Position numbers and translations under genes: made by a program. From Bryobacterales bacterium (GTDB lineage Bacteria; Acidobacteriota; Terriglobia; Bryobacterales; UBA6623), in assembly GCA_963422375.2 (NCBI GenBank), contig OY729428.2, positions 1,440,001-1,504,000 of the forward strand: a stretch of DNA of 64,000 nucleotides, written 5' to 3'. Below are positions 30,224 to 40,368 of this stretch, piece after piece; within the stretch, counting starts at the first letter, position 1; every line of letters starts with the position of its first letter. A model generated the notes under the pieces. It worked only from the letters and a program-made list of their open reading frames with translations. It had not been told where the DNA came from and ran no database searches.

Positions 30224-33200
30224 ATGACGAGTCGAACGGCAGTCCTAGCCCTCGGTATCGCGGCGGGAATCGCGATCCCCGCCGCTCCGCCGCTGCGGGC
30301 GACGGTCGAGGAGGCGCGCGAACTCGAGCGCTCCGGCGATCCCCGGGCCGCGCGGCAGGTGCTTGAAGACCTCGCGGCAGCCTCGCCGGCAGGCGTGGAT
30401 GCGCTGGTCGCCCGCGCCAGCTTCCTCGAACGGTACGGCGACCCGGCTGCCGTGGAAGCCTATGCCGCGGCGCTGGACGCGGTCGGCTCCTCGGACGCCG
30501 ACCTTGCCCGGAGGCTCCGGCGCCGGCTGGCCGTGGCAGCTCTCGCGCACGGCCGCGAGGACGCCGCGAGGGAAGCGATTCAAGCGCTGCGCCAGGCGGG
30601 CGTCGGCGGCCCGGACGGCTCCTCCGGGCCGGCCCCTGCCGGCGAATCCGTGGCCGTGCCCGGCACTCTCAACTCGTTCCGTCGCATGGCGGCGCTGTCC
30701 ACCGACATGCATATCGACGAGACGCTCGCGTCTCTCGGCCGCACGATCTTCACCGGCGGCTACCACGCGTCGCGCGGCAGCGGTGCTCTGGAGCCCACCG
30801 AGTATCTCAAGCTGCTGAAGCAGTACCTGACCCAAGCCCGCGAACTTGCGGCGTTCGCCGGTCCCGACCACTCGATCGACGTCCCGGTCTGCGAGTCGGC
30901 CGAGACCGCGCAGCTGCTCAAGATCATCGGCTACCGGCTGCGCGGCGAATGCGGCCCGGAGGCGGTCTTGGAGACGGTCAACCCGTCGCGCGCCTTTCTC
31001 GCGATCGATTCCGCCTTCCCGCTGGCCGACCTCGAGCTTGCCTTCCGGCGCGGCGAGGAATTCCGCTACCGCTTCGGCCCGACCCGGCTGCCCGTGCTGT
31101 TCGGGCGCGACTACTGGCTCGGTGCGGCCAAGGGCTCCGGCGGCACCTTCCTCGACACATTCATCGACTCCCCCGCGCTGGGCCGCCTGTACGTGGCGAT
31201 GTACAACCTGCACCGGCCCACGGCGATTGCGTTGCGCGAAACGGTGCCCGTCGAGCGCCTGCGGGACTACGCCCCCGTGCTCGACTTCTTCGGGGCGATG
31301 TTCGAGGTTCGGGACGGCCGGGCCGTGGTTCCCGGGGGCGCGCGGGCCGCGCCGGCGTGGGAGCGGCTGACCGGCACCAAGATCGGGCAGGGCGGACGCT
31401 TCTTCCAGCGGCTGATCGAGCTCGACGACGGCTGGCTGGCGGCGTTCTACGACTCCCTGGCGCGCGTGCAGGGGGAACGGGCCCGCGCCTACTTCCTTGA
31501 GCCCTCGCGCATCGAGCGCTTCTACAGCGCCGTGCGGGGGAAGGTCACCAGCCCCGGCCCGGCGCGACCGATCTTCCGGGCCAGCGCGGACCTGCTGCTG
31601 CTCTCGGCGCGGCTCGACTTCGACCGCGACGGCCAGCCGCGCATCCCCGGCGGCGTGGCGCCCTGGCGGGATCTGTTCGTCGAGCACCCGCACGGGAAGT
31701 ACGACGGCAGGCTGACCAAGTCCGCCGTCGGCTGGAAGGAGGCCGACGATGTGATCGAGGCGATGTTCGCGCTGTGCCGCAAGGCCATCGAGAACGAGCC
31801 GCTGCGCATCTTCCTGGCGGTCTCGGACATCGAGCGTCACCGGGCCACGCCCCTCTCCGCGGACACGGTCGAGCGCCTGATCCGGGCCTACCCCGTCCAC
31901 GGCGAGCAGTTCGCGCTGTACAACGATTCCCCGGACATTTCCGCGAGCGTGATGGCGGCCCATCTCGACACGATGGCGCGCCTGGACCGCATCGGCAACG
32001 CCCTGCGGCGCGCCGACGCGACCGGCATTCTCCAGGCGCAGCTCGGCATCTGGCAGGTGCTGCGTCGCAACGGCGCCATCCCGGACGCGCGGGCCGACTC
32101 GTCGATGCTGGCGCTGCTCAACGCGGCGAACAGCAGCGGCGACCAGCAGGCCGTGTTCGAAGCGGGCCGCGACGGCGTGCTGGCGCTGCTCCAGGCCGCC
32201 GGGCGCGACCCGGGCGACGCTCCCCAGGATGCCTTGCTGGATCTGCTCGTCGGCCGGGCCGGGCCCGGCGAGGAGCAGGCGCGCCAGGAGATTCTCGCGC
32301 GCATCAACCAGCTGCTGACGTTGCAGCGCTTGGTGCCGTTGAAGACGCTGTTCGACTTGGCGGACCACCTCGAGCGCGTCTCCCGCGGCGAGGCGTTTAA
32401 CGTCGCGATGGCGAACCGCCTGTCGGAGAGCATCTCGGAAATCCGCCTGCCGCGCTCGCTGCTGTCCGTCGAGGAGTCGAACGCCATGGCCCGCGGACAC
32501 TGGGTGGAACGCCACATCCAGAGGCAGCGCACACTGAACCTGCGGCGCGCCGTCGACCGCGCCCAGGGCAATCCGAATCGGCTCCTGTCGATCCGCGGGG
32601 AACTGGCCCCGATGCTTAGGGATTCCCTGGTCGGCATTCTCTACGCGCTCTACTCGCCGCCCGGAGCGGAGCTCATCCGCGCCAACCCGCTGTTCGTCCG
32701 CAGCCACGACTTCCTGGGGCCGGAAGGTCGCTTCAGCTGGAACCGCACGCGCATGCAGTCCACGGGCTGGCCCAGCAGCGGCGGCGGGCGCCTCGTGGGC
32801 TCCCTGATGTCGCTGCCGTACGAGCTCGCTTCCGCCGAGCAGAACTTCCTGATCCCGACGCAGCGGCAGGCCCTGATCTGGCAGGACCTCGCCCCGCAGA
32901 TGCTGCTCGGCGCGACGCTGCCGCGCTGGTGGGGCACCCAGCCCGCCGACCTGCACTACGTCGGCATGCACCTGCGGATGGCCGGGTCCGTGCTGGCGCA
33001 GTCCGCGCTCGACCCGGCGGTGCGCGACGCCGCGGTCGCTCCGCTGCTGCGCCGCATGGAGCCCTCGCGGGTGTGGCGGATGCGCGACCTCTTCGCGCGC
33101 GGCCAGGTGCGGGACGGGCTGGACATCGTCACGCCGGCCGAGCTCTTCGACCTCGCCCACCGTCTGCGCGACGCCGGGGGGGGCGCCTTGGACGAGATCG

Positions 33201-33637
33201 GCGAGCCCTACATCGCGGCCATCCGCGATCTCGAGAACCGCGACCCGGAGCGCTTCTCCGAGGCCCGCGTAGCCGGCCTCTTCGGAGTCCCTCACCCGCG
33301 CCTCGCGCACTCCTATCGGCTCGAGCTGCTGCACGTGCCCCTGTTCCCGACGCTGATGGGATACTCGAGTCGGATTCTCGCCGAGAGCTGGGAGTCCAAC
33401 AACCTGTTCTGGGCCGCCCTGTCCGACGAGCTCCACATCGAGCCGGTGCGCATGAACCTCCTGGTGCCCGAGTGGACGCAGCGCACGCTCGAGCGGATCT
33501 TCGCCACGCATCTCGACGACTGGCCGGCGCTGTGGCGGTCGCTGCGCATGATCGCCGACCAGGTGCGCGAGCAGCTGGGCCCGGCGGGGCCCGGCGCGGT
33601 CGCGAAATCCGGCGGGCCGGGCGCTTCCGGAGGCTGA
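30224..33637 (+). CDS. Large (1137 aa) exported hypothetical protein with helical/TPR-like N-terminus
   Basis: Long ORF with GC3-rich codons and a signal peptide; no motif recognised. Confidence 0.85.
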   Translation: MTSRTAVLALGIAAGIAIPAAPPLRATVEEARELERSGDPRAARQVLEDLAAASPAGVDALVARASFLERYGDPAAVEAYAAALDAVGSSDADLARRLRRRLAVAALAHGREDAAREAIQALRQAGVGGPDGSSGPAPAGESVAVPGTLNSFRRMAALSTDMHIDETLASLGRTIFTGGYHASRGSGALEPTEYLKLLKQYLTQARELAAFAGPDHSIDVPVCESAETAQLLKIIGYRLRGECGPEAVLETVNPSRAFLAIDSAFPLADLELAFRRGEEFRYRFGPTRLPVLFGRDYWLGAAKGSGGTFLDTFIDSPALGRLYVAMYNLHRPTAIALRETVPVERLRDYAPVLDFFGAMFEVRDGRAVVPGGARAAPAWERLTGTKIGQGGRFFQRLIELDDGWLAAFYDSLARVQGERARAYFLEPSRIERFYSAVRGKVTSPGPARPIFRASADLLLLSARLDFDRDGQPRIPGGVAPWRDLFVEHPHGKYDGRLTKSAVGWKEADDVIEAMFALCRKAIENEPLRIFLAVSDIERHRATPLSADTVERLIRAYPVHGEQFALYNDSPDISASVMAAHLDTMARLDRIGNALRRADATGILQAQLGIWQVLRRNGAIPDARADSSMLALLNAANSSGDQQAVFEAGRDGVLALLQAAGRDPGDAPQDALLDLLVGRAGPGEEQARQEILARINQLLTLQRLVPLKTLFDLADHLERVSRGEAFNVAMANRLSESISEIRLPRSLLSVEESNAMARGHWVERHIQRQRTLNLRRAVDRAQGNPNRLLSIRGELAPMLRDSLVGILYALYSPPGAELIRANPLFVRSHDFLGPEGRFSWNRTRMQSTGWPSSGGGRLVGSLMSLPYELASAEQNFLIPTQRQALIWQDLAPQMLLGATLPRWWGTQPADLHYVGMHLRMAGSVLAQSALDPAVRDAAVAPLLRRMEPSRVWRMRDLFARGQVRDGLDIVTPAELFDLAHRLRDAGGGALDEIGEPYIAAIRDLENRDPERFSEARVAGLFGVPHPRLAHSYRLELLHVPLFPTLMGYSSRILAESWESNNLFWAALSDELHIEPVRMNLLVPEWTQRTLERIFATHLDDWPALWRSLRMIADQVREQLGPAGPGAVAKSGGPGASGG

Positions 33638-33673
33638 TCGGGGATCCGGCCGGCGCGGGGCGATACTGAGAGC

Positions 33674-34726
33674 ATGGAAGGAGTCGTGCCGGTGCAACGC
33701 AAGGGAGCCGAGCGCATCAGGCCGGGCGCGCGGGCCGCCGCGGCGCTTTGCGCCGTCGCCTTGGCGGCCTACGGGCAGGTGCCCGGAGGCCCCGCCTTGG
33801 CCGACGGTCCGGGCGCGCTGTTCGAGGTCGAGGTCGACCTCGTCATGCTCAACATCGCCGTCACCGACCAGCGCGGGCGCTACATCCGGGATCTCAAGCC
33901 GGACGACTTCCGGATCACCGAGGACGGCATCGAGCAGGCGATCGCTTCGTTCGGCGAGGGCAACGCCGCGCCTCGGAGGGTGGTTCGAACGGGCCTGCGC
34001 CCCGTGGCGGGGTCGCCCGAGCGGGACGCGCAGCTGACGTTGCCGGAGGCCGTCGCAGGCCAGCTGGTCGGGACGAACGTGTTCGTGCTCTTCGACACGA
34101 GCAACTTCATGTACCGGAGCCTGGTCTACGCCGAGGACGCGATCGCGGACTTCATCCGCGGCCTGGACGGGGCCGATTCGGTCGCGGTCTACTCCTTCAG
34201 CCGCAACCTCACCCGTCACGCCTCTCTCTCGCCGGAGCAAGACGACGCCCTGCGCGGGCTGCGCCGCTCGGTGGCCGGCGACGAGACCGCCCTCTACAAC
34301 TGCCTCCTGCTGACACTGCGGGACGCGGCCAAGGTCTCGGGCCGCAAGGTGATCATCGTGTTCTCGAACGGCCCGGACAACGCCAGCGCGGTCTCTCCGG
34401 ACGACGTCGGTGCCATCGCCGAGGACGAGGGGGTCCCGATCTACGTCATTAGCACGCGGGAGCTCAATCGCGACCCGATCTCGAGCAACGCCTTCCGGCG
34501 AATCACGGAGCGCACCGGGGGCAAGGCGTACTTCGCCAAGACCTGGCAGCGCCAGTCCGAGGCGTTTGTCGAGATCCGCGAGGAGCTCGCGAGCTCGTAC
34601 ACGGTGACCTACTACCCCCAGCCCAACCCCAACCGCGGCTGGCGCAGCATCAACGTCGAGCTGAACGCGCCCCAGCAGCGCCGCCTCGTGGTGCGGACTC
34701 GGGCCGGGTACCGGCCGAAGCTCTAG
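33674..34726 (+). CDS. VWA domain protein, acidobacterial type
   Basis: VEVDLVMLNIAVTD...DFRITEDG, LFDTSN (degenerate MIDAS), TGGKAYF, YTVTYYP, RAGY. Confidence 0.9.
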   Translation: MEGVVPVQRKGAERIRPGARAAAALCAVALAAYGQVPGGPALADGPGALFEVEVDLVMLNIAVTDQRGRYIRDLKPDDFRITEDGIEQAIASFGEGNAAPRRVVRTGLRPVAGSPERDAQLTLPEAVAGQLVGTNVFVLFDTSNFMYRSLVYAEDAIADFIRGLDGADSVAVYSFSRNLTRHASLSPEQDDALRGLRRSVAGDETALYNCLLLTLRDAAKVSGRKVIIVFSNGPDNASAVSPDDVGAIAEDEGVPIYVISTRELNRDPISSNAFRRITERTGGKAYFAKTWQRQSEAFVEIREELASSYTVTYYPQPNPNRGWRSINVELNAPQQRRLVVRTRAGYRPKL

Positions 34727-34767
34727 GCGCGCCCGCTCCGGCGCGGGCGCCGGCAGGAGTCGGAAGC

Positions 34768-36069
34768 ATGTCCCTGCAGGTCATCCGGGCTCTCCGCCGG
34801 CACGGCCATCGCGCCTACTGGGTGGGCGGGTGCGTGCGCGACGGACTGCTCGGCCGGGGCGCGGTCAGGGAACGGGACGTAGCGACCAGCGCGCGCCCCG
34901 AGCAGGTCTTGGCGATCTTCCCTCGCGCGCGCCGCCTCGGAGCGAGGTTCGGCGTGGTGGCAGTGCGGGACGCCGAGGGACTGACGGAGGTCGCGACCTT
35001 CCGGCGCGAGGCCGGCTACAGCGACGGTCGGCGGCCGGATAGCGTCACCTTCACCGACGATCCGGCCGTCGATGTCCGGCGAAGGGACTTCACGGTCAAC
35101 GCGATCCTGCAAGATCCTATCGGCGGCACCCGCCTCGACTTCGTCGGGGGCGAGGAGGACCTCCGCCGGAGGCTCATCCGGGCGGTCGGCGACCCGCTCG
35201 CGCGGTTTCGCGAGGACCGCCTGCGGATGCTGCGGGCCGTGCGCTTCGCCGCGAGCCTGGGCTTCGCGGTCGAGCCCGGCACCCTGGAAGCGATCCGCAG
35301 GAGCGCGCCCGGCATCGACGCGGTCGCGCCGGAGCGAGTGCGCGACGAGCTGAGCCGGATACTTACGGAGGGCGGCGCGAGCCGGGGGTTGGAGCTCCTG
35401 CACGAGACGGGCCTGCTGCAGCGCTTGCTGCCCGAGGTGTCCGCCATGCGGGGCGTCCGGCAGCCGCCTGAGTTCCACCCCGAAGGCGACGTGTGGGTTC
35501 ACACCATGCTCGTGCTCGACTGCCTGCGGGAGCCGTCTGCGCCGCTCGCTTGGGGCGCCCTGCTGCACGACGTCGGCAAGCCGGAGACGTTCCGCGTGAT
35601 GGACCGCATCCGCTTTCACGGGCACGTCGAGCGGGGCGCGGACATTGCCCGCGGCATTTGCGCCCGCCTGCGCTTCTCCAACGCTGACGCCGACCGCGTG
35701 GTCGCGCTCGTCCGCGACCACATGAAGTTCATGGCTCTGCGGCAGATGCGACCGGGCCGGCTGCGGCGCTTTCTGAGCCAACCGCACGTCGAGGAGCACG
35801 TCGAGCTGCACCGTGCCGACTGCCTGGGAAGCCACAGCAAGCTGGACAACTACGCGTTCGCCAAGGAGAAGGTCGAGCAGTTCGCGAACGAGGCTCCGGT
35901 GGAGAGGCTGCTGACGGGCCGCGACCTAGTGGCGGCCGGGTACGAGCCGGGACCCCTGTTCGGGACGATTCTCACCACGGTGGAAGAGCGCCACATGGAC
36001 GGCCAGCTGGCCGGCCGCGACGAGGCGCTCGCGTTCGTCAGCGAGCGCTTCCCGATCGCGACCTCATGA
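34768..36069 (+). CDS. cca: CCA tRNA nucleotidyltransferase with HD domain
   Basis: VGGCVRD, RRDFTVNA, EDRLRMLRAVRF, ERVRDEL, HPEGDVWVHT, LLHDVGK. Confidence 0.9.
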   Translation: MSLQVIRALRRHGHRAYWVGGCVRDGLLGRGAVRERDVATSARPEQVLAIFPRARRLGARFGVVAVRDAEGLTEVATFRREAGYSDGRRPDSVTFTDDPAVDVRRRDFTVNAILQDPIGGTRLDFVGGEEDLRRRLIRAVGDPLARFREDRLRMLRAVRFAASLGFAVEPGTLEAIRRSAPGIDAVAPERVRDELSRILTEGGASRGLELLHETGLLQRLLPEVSAMRGVRQPPEFHPEGDVWVHTMLVLDCLREPSAPLAWGALLHDVGKPETFRVMDRIRFHGHVERGADIARGICARLRFSNADADRVVALVRDHMKFMALRQMRPGRLRRFLSQPHVEEHVELHRADCLGSHSKLDNYAFAKEKVEQFANEAPVERLLTGRDLVAAGYEPGPLFGTILTTVEERHMDGQLAGRDEALAFVSERFPIATS

Positions 36070-36441
36070 CTTGCGACGGCTGGCGAGGCACTCGTCGACC
36101 GACCAAGTGCCGGAGCCGTTGGCCCAGAAGAAGAGAAACACGAAGCAGTAGAGCACGGCGAGCTCCCCTCGGTTGAGAAGGGGCAGGAAGCCGCCCTGGG
36201 CATGCCCGATGAAGTACGCTGCCGCCATCAGGCCGGAGCAGAGGAACGCCACCCAGCGCGTCTGGAAGCCCACGAGGACGAGCAAGCCTCCCGCCAGCTC
36301 GATCGTTCCGGCGATCAGCGCCAGAGGGTCTTCCCGGGGGCCCTTGTCCCCCAGTCCGAACAGCTTTTGAATTCCGTGCGGGACGAATAGGAAGCCCGTG
36401 ATGATGCGCAGGACTGCGTGGGTTGCTTTAGGCCAGTTCAC
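36064..36441 (-). CDS. DoxX family membrane protein
   Basis: LRIITG...HGIQKLFG, ELAGG, NRGELA, G.WSVD. Confidence 0.9.
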   Translation of the reverse strand: MNWPKATHAVLRIITGFLFVPHGIQKLFGLGDKGPREDPLALIAGTIELAGGLLVLVGFQTRWVAFLCSGLMAAAYFIGHAQGGFLPLLNRGELAVLYCFVFLFFWANGSGTWSVDECLASRRKS

Positions 36442-36458
36442 GCTTGATTTCCCTCCGA

Positions 36459-37325
36459 CTATGCGGCCGCTGCACCGTTGAGACCTAGCAGTCGGTCCAT
36501 CCGCTGCCCGAGATCGACGATGTAGTCCCGGTCGCCGCCTTGCCGCTCGACGGTCATCTCGGCAGTATAGCCGATCGCGTCGAACGCCTCCCTCACGGCG
36601 GGCCAGTCCACGTCGCCCTCGCCGAGGTTCACGAACCCGCCGTTGCGCGTGTAGTCCTTGATGTGGACCTTGACGATGCGACTGCCGAGCTCGCGAATCC
36701 AGTGCTCCGGCACAGCGTAGTGAACCACGTTTCCCACGTCGAAGTACGCCTGGACCAAGGGGTGGTTGAGCTCGTCGACGAACTGCCGGAAGTCGCGCGC
36801 GGTTAGGAGGAACTTATTCCAGACTTCTTCCACGGCGATCATCACGTCGTGCCGCTCGGCGGCGGGAATCAGCTTGCGGATCTCGCGCTGGGACCGCTCC
36901 CAGGCCTGCTCGTAGGTGGTGTCGGAGCGCACGACCGCCGGCACGAGTAGCACGGCGTTGGCACCGTAGAGCTCGGCCTGGCGCAGGGAGGCGTGAATGC
37001 CGTCCACGCAGGCGGCGACCTCCGTTGCGTCCGGGCTCGACAGCGGGTGCCGCCAGTGGGATTGGTTCATCACGGAGTGAATCCGCAGTCCGGCCTTCTG
37101 AGCCGCGTCGTTGATGCGCCGCGCCTCGGCGTCGTCGGCGACGGCGCGCACCTCCATCGCGGTGAAGCCGGCCTCGAGCGCAAGCCTGTATCGGTCGACC
37201 AAGGGCAGGTCCTTTGGCAGCATGCTGTCGATGATCGCCCGCTCGCTCTTGCGTCCCTGGGCCGCCAAGGGGGTCGCACCGGCCAGCGCAGCGGCCGTGG
37301 CCGCCAGCCATTCTCGACGATTCAT
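36459..37325 (-). CDS. Tat-exported sugar phosphate isomerase/epimerase (xylose isomerase-like TIM barrel)
   Basis: MNRREWL leader, EEVWNKFL, YFDVGN, VHIKD, GEGDVDW. Confidence 0.9.
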   Translation of the reverse strand: MNRREWLAATAAALAGATPLAAQGRKSERAIIDSMLPKDLPLVDRYRLALEAGFTAMEVRAVADDAEARRINDAAQKAGLRIHSVMNQSHWRHPLSSPDATEVAACVDGIHASLRQAELYGANAVLLVPAVVRSDTTYEQAWERSQREIRKLIPAAERHDVMIAVEEVWNKFLLTARDFRQFVDELNHPLVQAYFDVGNVVHYAVPEHWIRELGSRIVKVHIKDYTRNGGFVNLGEGDVDWPAVREAFDAIGYTAEMTVERQGGDRDYIVDLGQRMDRLLGLNGAAAA

Positions 37326-37332
37326 GCCTGTA

Positions 37333-37361
37333 AGCTTCGGGCATGCAGGCGGTATTGTCAA
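37333..37361 (-). promoter_or_regulatory. Sigma70-type promoter TTGACA-N17-GAAGCT, 7 nt before ATG (leaderless candidate)
   Basis: Read directly on the minus strand 37361->37333. Confidence 0.55.
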
Positions 37362-37470
37362 GCGACTCCGCGCGCTGCTGGCTCCGCTGCCGCGCCGCGC
37401 GGAGTTCTGGTACGCTCTTTCCGGGGCTCCGCTCGTGCCTCGCGCGAGCTGCCAGCGAGGAGGTGTCTCG

Positions 37471-39018
37471 ATGACCACGCGGCTTCTTCCCACGGTCGGG
37501 GTACTGGCGACGCTCGCCGCAGTGCCGTCGGCAGGGGCGCTTGACTGCGAGGACCTGGCCGGCCTGCGCCTGCCGGACATACGGATCGACGAGGTCACGA
37601 TCTCATCCGGAGAGAGTCCCGGGGGCGAGGGCGTGCCGGACCGCGCGTCCCGGGCCATCGTGCCGCACTGCAAGGTGAACGGAGTGGTGGGCAGCGAGAT
37701 ACGGTTCGAGGTCCTGCTCCCGGACGATTGGAACGGCAAGTTCCTGATGGCGGGCGGAGGCGGATTCGCCGGCAGCCTCGGCAGGCAGGGCGGATTCTCG
37801 GTCAACCGGGGCTACGCCGTGGCAGCCACGGACACCGGCCATCAGGGTGCCGGGATCCGGGCGGACTGGGCGTACGGCCAGCCCGAGCGCCTAGTGAACT
37901 ACGGCTATCTCGGCGTGCATCGGACCACGGAGACGGCCAAGGCCATCGTGAGGGAGTACTACGGGCGCGAGGCCGAGAATTCCTACTTCTACGGCTGCTC
38001 CAACGGCGGGCGGCAGGCCCTGATGTCGGCGCAGCGCTTCCCCGAGGACTTCGACGGAATCGTCGCCGGCGCGCCGGCGCACGATTTCAGCGGCGTGCTG
38101 GCCGCGTTCGCCTACAACATGCAGCGCATCTTCCCGGATCCCGAGAATCTCGCGGAGCCCGTTGTCACGCCTCAGAACCGGAAGCTTCTCGAGACCGAGA
38201 TCCTGCGCCGTTGCGACACGCTCGACGGGCTCGAGGACGGTTTTCTCACCGATCCGCGCGAGTGCGGCTTCAAGCTGTCGGACCTTCCCCTGTGCGCGGA
38301 CGGCGAGTCGGCCGACCACTGCCTCACGATGCGGCAGCGCGAGGCTATCGCCGCGGTCTACGGCGGCCCGCGGAACTTCGAGGGGCAGATCTTCCCCGGG
38401 TTTCCGTTCGGGGGCGAAGCGGCTAGGGGAGGCTGGCAGAGCTGGATCACCGGTCCCAGCCCATCGCTCGTCCGAAGCTACGGCGAGCCGAGCTCGCAAT
38501 TCGGCTTCGCCACGCAGGGTTTCAAGTACTTGGTCTTCCAAGATCCCGATTTCGACTACTCCACGTACGATTTCGACGACTACGGCCGCGACTCGGCGCA
38601 CCTCGCCGGCTTCCTCGACGCAACGAGCACGGACCTGTCGGGCTTGAAGGAAGCCGGCGGCAAGCTGCTGCTCTGGCACGGCTGGTCCGATCCCGCCCTG
38701 ACGGCCTTCGGCTCGATCAACTACTTCGAGGAAGCCGAACGGCGCGATCCCGGCGTGCGCGACTACTTCCGGTTCTTCTTGCTGCCCGGCGTCCTGCATT
38801 GCGGGGGCGGCCCCGGTCCGTCCCGTGTCGAGTGGCTGGAGGCGCTGGAACGCTGGGTCGAGGACGGCGAGGCGCCCGAGGAACTGAGCGCCGCGAAGGT
38901 CGAGGACGGCGGGCCGACCAAGACGAGGCCGCTCTGCGTCTATCCGGAGCGTGCGGAGTATACGGGCGGCGATCCGAACGAGAGGTCGAGCTACGAGTGC
39001 CGCGAGCCGTCGGACTAG
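37471..39018 (+). CDS. Tannase/feruloyl esterase family alpha/beta hydrolase
   Basis: SD GAGGAGGT; GCSNGGR, FDGIVAGAP, WHGWSD and PGVLHCGGG. Confidence 0.93.
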   Translation: MTTRLLPTVGVLATLAAVPSAGALDCEDLAGLRLPDIRIDEVTISSGESPGGEGVPDRASRAIVPHCKVNGVVGSEIRFEVLLPDDWNGKFLMAGGGGFAGSLGRQGGFSVNRGYAVAATDTGHQGAGIRADWAYGQPERLVNYGYLGVHRTTETAKAIVREYYGREAENSYFYGCSNGGRQALMSAQRFPEDFDGIVAGAPAHDFSGVLAAFAYNMQRIFPDPENLAEPVVTPQNRKLLETEILRRCDTLDGLEDGFLTDPRECGFKLSDLPLCADGESADHCLTMRQREAIAAVYGGPRNFEGQIFPGFPFGGEAARGGWQSWITGPSPSLVRSYGEPSSQFGFATQGFKYLVFQDPDFDYSTYDFDDYGRDSAHLAGFLDATSTDLSGLKEAGGKLLLWHGWSDPALTAFGSINYFEEAERRDPGVRDYFRFFLLPGVLHCGGGPGPSRVEWLEALERWVEDGEAPEELSAAKVEDGGPTKTRPLCVYPERAEYTGGDPNERSSYECREPSD

Positions 39019-39321
39019 CGGGCGCGCCGCCGGGAGCCCTGGCGACCAGCGGCAGACGCGGCCGAGCGCTCGGGCTCCGTGTCCGCGTGTCTTGAAGGAA
39101 GGCCTCGCCAAGAGGCGATCCCCGAGTGCAGCTGCATGGGGCCGTCAAGGGGACGGCAGCGGCCGCGATGCCTCGCCCGGACCGCGTCGGTGCCGCGACA
39201 AGGCCAGCGACCGCCGCCGAGTCGGTCGAGTCCGCTGCCGCCTTGCGTCGGCAGGGTAGGCCATGCGCAAGTCGATCCGCCGGTCCCGGCGGCCCGAGTC
39301 CCTGCTACCCTGTCGAAGCTG

Positions 39322-40368
39322 ATGCCGACCTTCGCGCACGACCGACTTCGCGGCTTCGGGGGCCTTGTCTTCGCGGCTGCGGGCGTTCCGGCGAGCGAAG
39401 CCCGCATCGTTGCCGACGCGCTGGTCGACGCCAACCTGGCGGGGCACGACTCGCACGGCGTCATGCGCCTGCCGTACTACGTCCGCTGGATCGAGTCCGG
39501 GGACTTCGTGCCGGGCGCGCAGCTCACGGTCGTAGACGAGGCGGCCGCGTTCGCCGTGGTCGACGGCGGCTGGGGGTTCGGGCAGGTCCAGGGAAGGCGC
39601 GCCATGGAGATCGCGATTTCCAAGGCCAGGGACGCGGGCGCCGCCACCGTAGCGGGGCGCAACTGCACCCATCTCGGGCGGCTCGGGGACTATCCGCGCA
39701 TGGCTGCCGACCGGGGGCTGGCGGCAACCATGTACATCAACACCCACGGCGCGGGCCGCTTGGTCGCGCCCTTCGGCGGCATTGATCGCCGGCTGTCCGC
39801 CAACCCCATCGCGATCGCGCTGCCGCGTCCCGATGCCCCTCCGATCGTCTTGGACATCTCCACCTGCAAGATCGCCGAGGGCAAGATCCGCAACATGCAG
39901 ATCGAAGGCAAGCCGGTGCCGAAGGGGTGCATCATCGATTCCGAAGGGCGTCCCGCGACCGCGGCGTCCGACTTCTACGGGCCCCCGCGGGGAGCGTTGC
40001 TCCCGATGGCGGGGCATAAGGGTTTCGGACTGGGCCTCGCAAGCGACATCTTGGCCGGGGCGATTTCCGGAGCCGGCTGCAGCCGCGCCGACGCCTCGCG
40101 TATCGGCAACGGCTTTCTCATGCATGTCCTCGACGTGGAGCGGCTGCGGGGCTGTGCCGAGTTCTTCGCCGACGTGGAAGCGCTAGTCAGCTACGTCAAG
40201 AGCAGTCGGCTGGCGCCTGGATTCGATGAGATCCTAGTCCCCGGCGAACCCGAAGAGCGAACCGCCTCCGAGCGCCGACGACATGGAATTCCCCTTCCCG
40301 ACGGCACGCTGGAAACCTTGAACGAGACTGCAACGAGAGTCGGAGTTCCCGCCCTTCGGGCGATATAG
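39322..40368 (+). CDS. Ldh_2 family (malate/L-lactate/ureidoglycolate) dehydrogenase
   Basis: GHDSHG, GFGQ, HLGRLG, NPIAI, GHKGFGL and PGEPE. Confidence 0.92.
   Translation: MPTFAHDRLRGFGGLVFAAAGVPASEARIVADALVDANLAGHDSHGVMRLPYYVRWIESGDFVPGAQLTVVDEAAAFAVVDGGWGFGQVQGRRAMEIAISKARDAGAATVAGRNCTHLGRLGDYPRMAADRGLAATMYINTHGAGRLVAPFGGIDRRLSANPIAIALPRPDAPPIVLDISTCKIAEGKIRNMQIEGKPVPKGCIIDSEGRPATAASDFYGPPRGALLPMAGHKGFGLGLASDILAGAISGAGCSRADASRIGNGFLMHVLDVERLRGCAEFFADVEALVSYVKSSRLAPGFDEILVPGEPEERTASERRRHGIPLPDGTLETLNETATRVGVPALRAI

Noticed and set aside
30245..34240. 1331-aa antisense ORF and similar long overlapping ORFs
   Set aside because: Shadow ORFs of GC-rich genes on the opposite strand or in alternate frames; no motifs.
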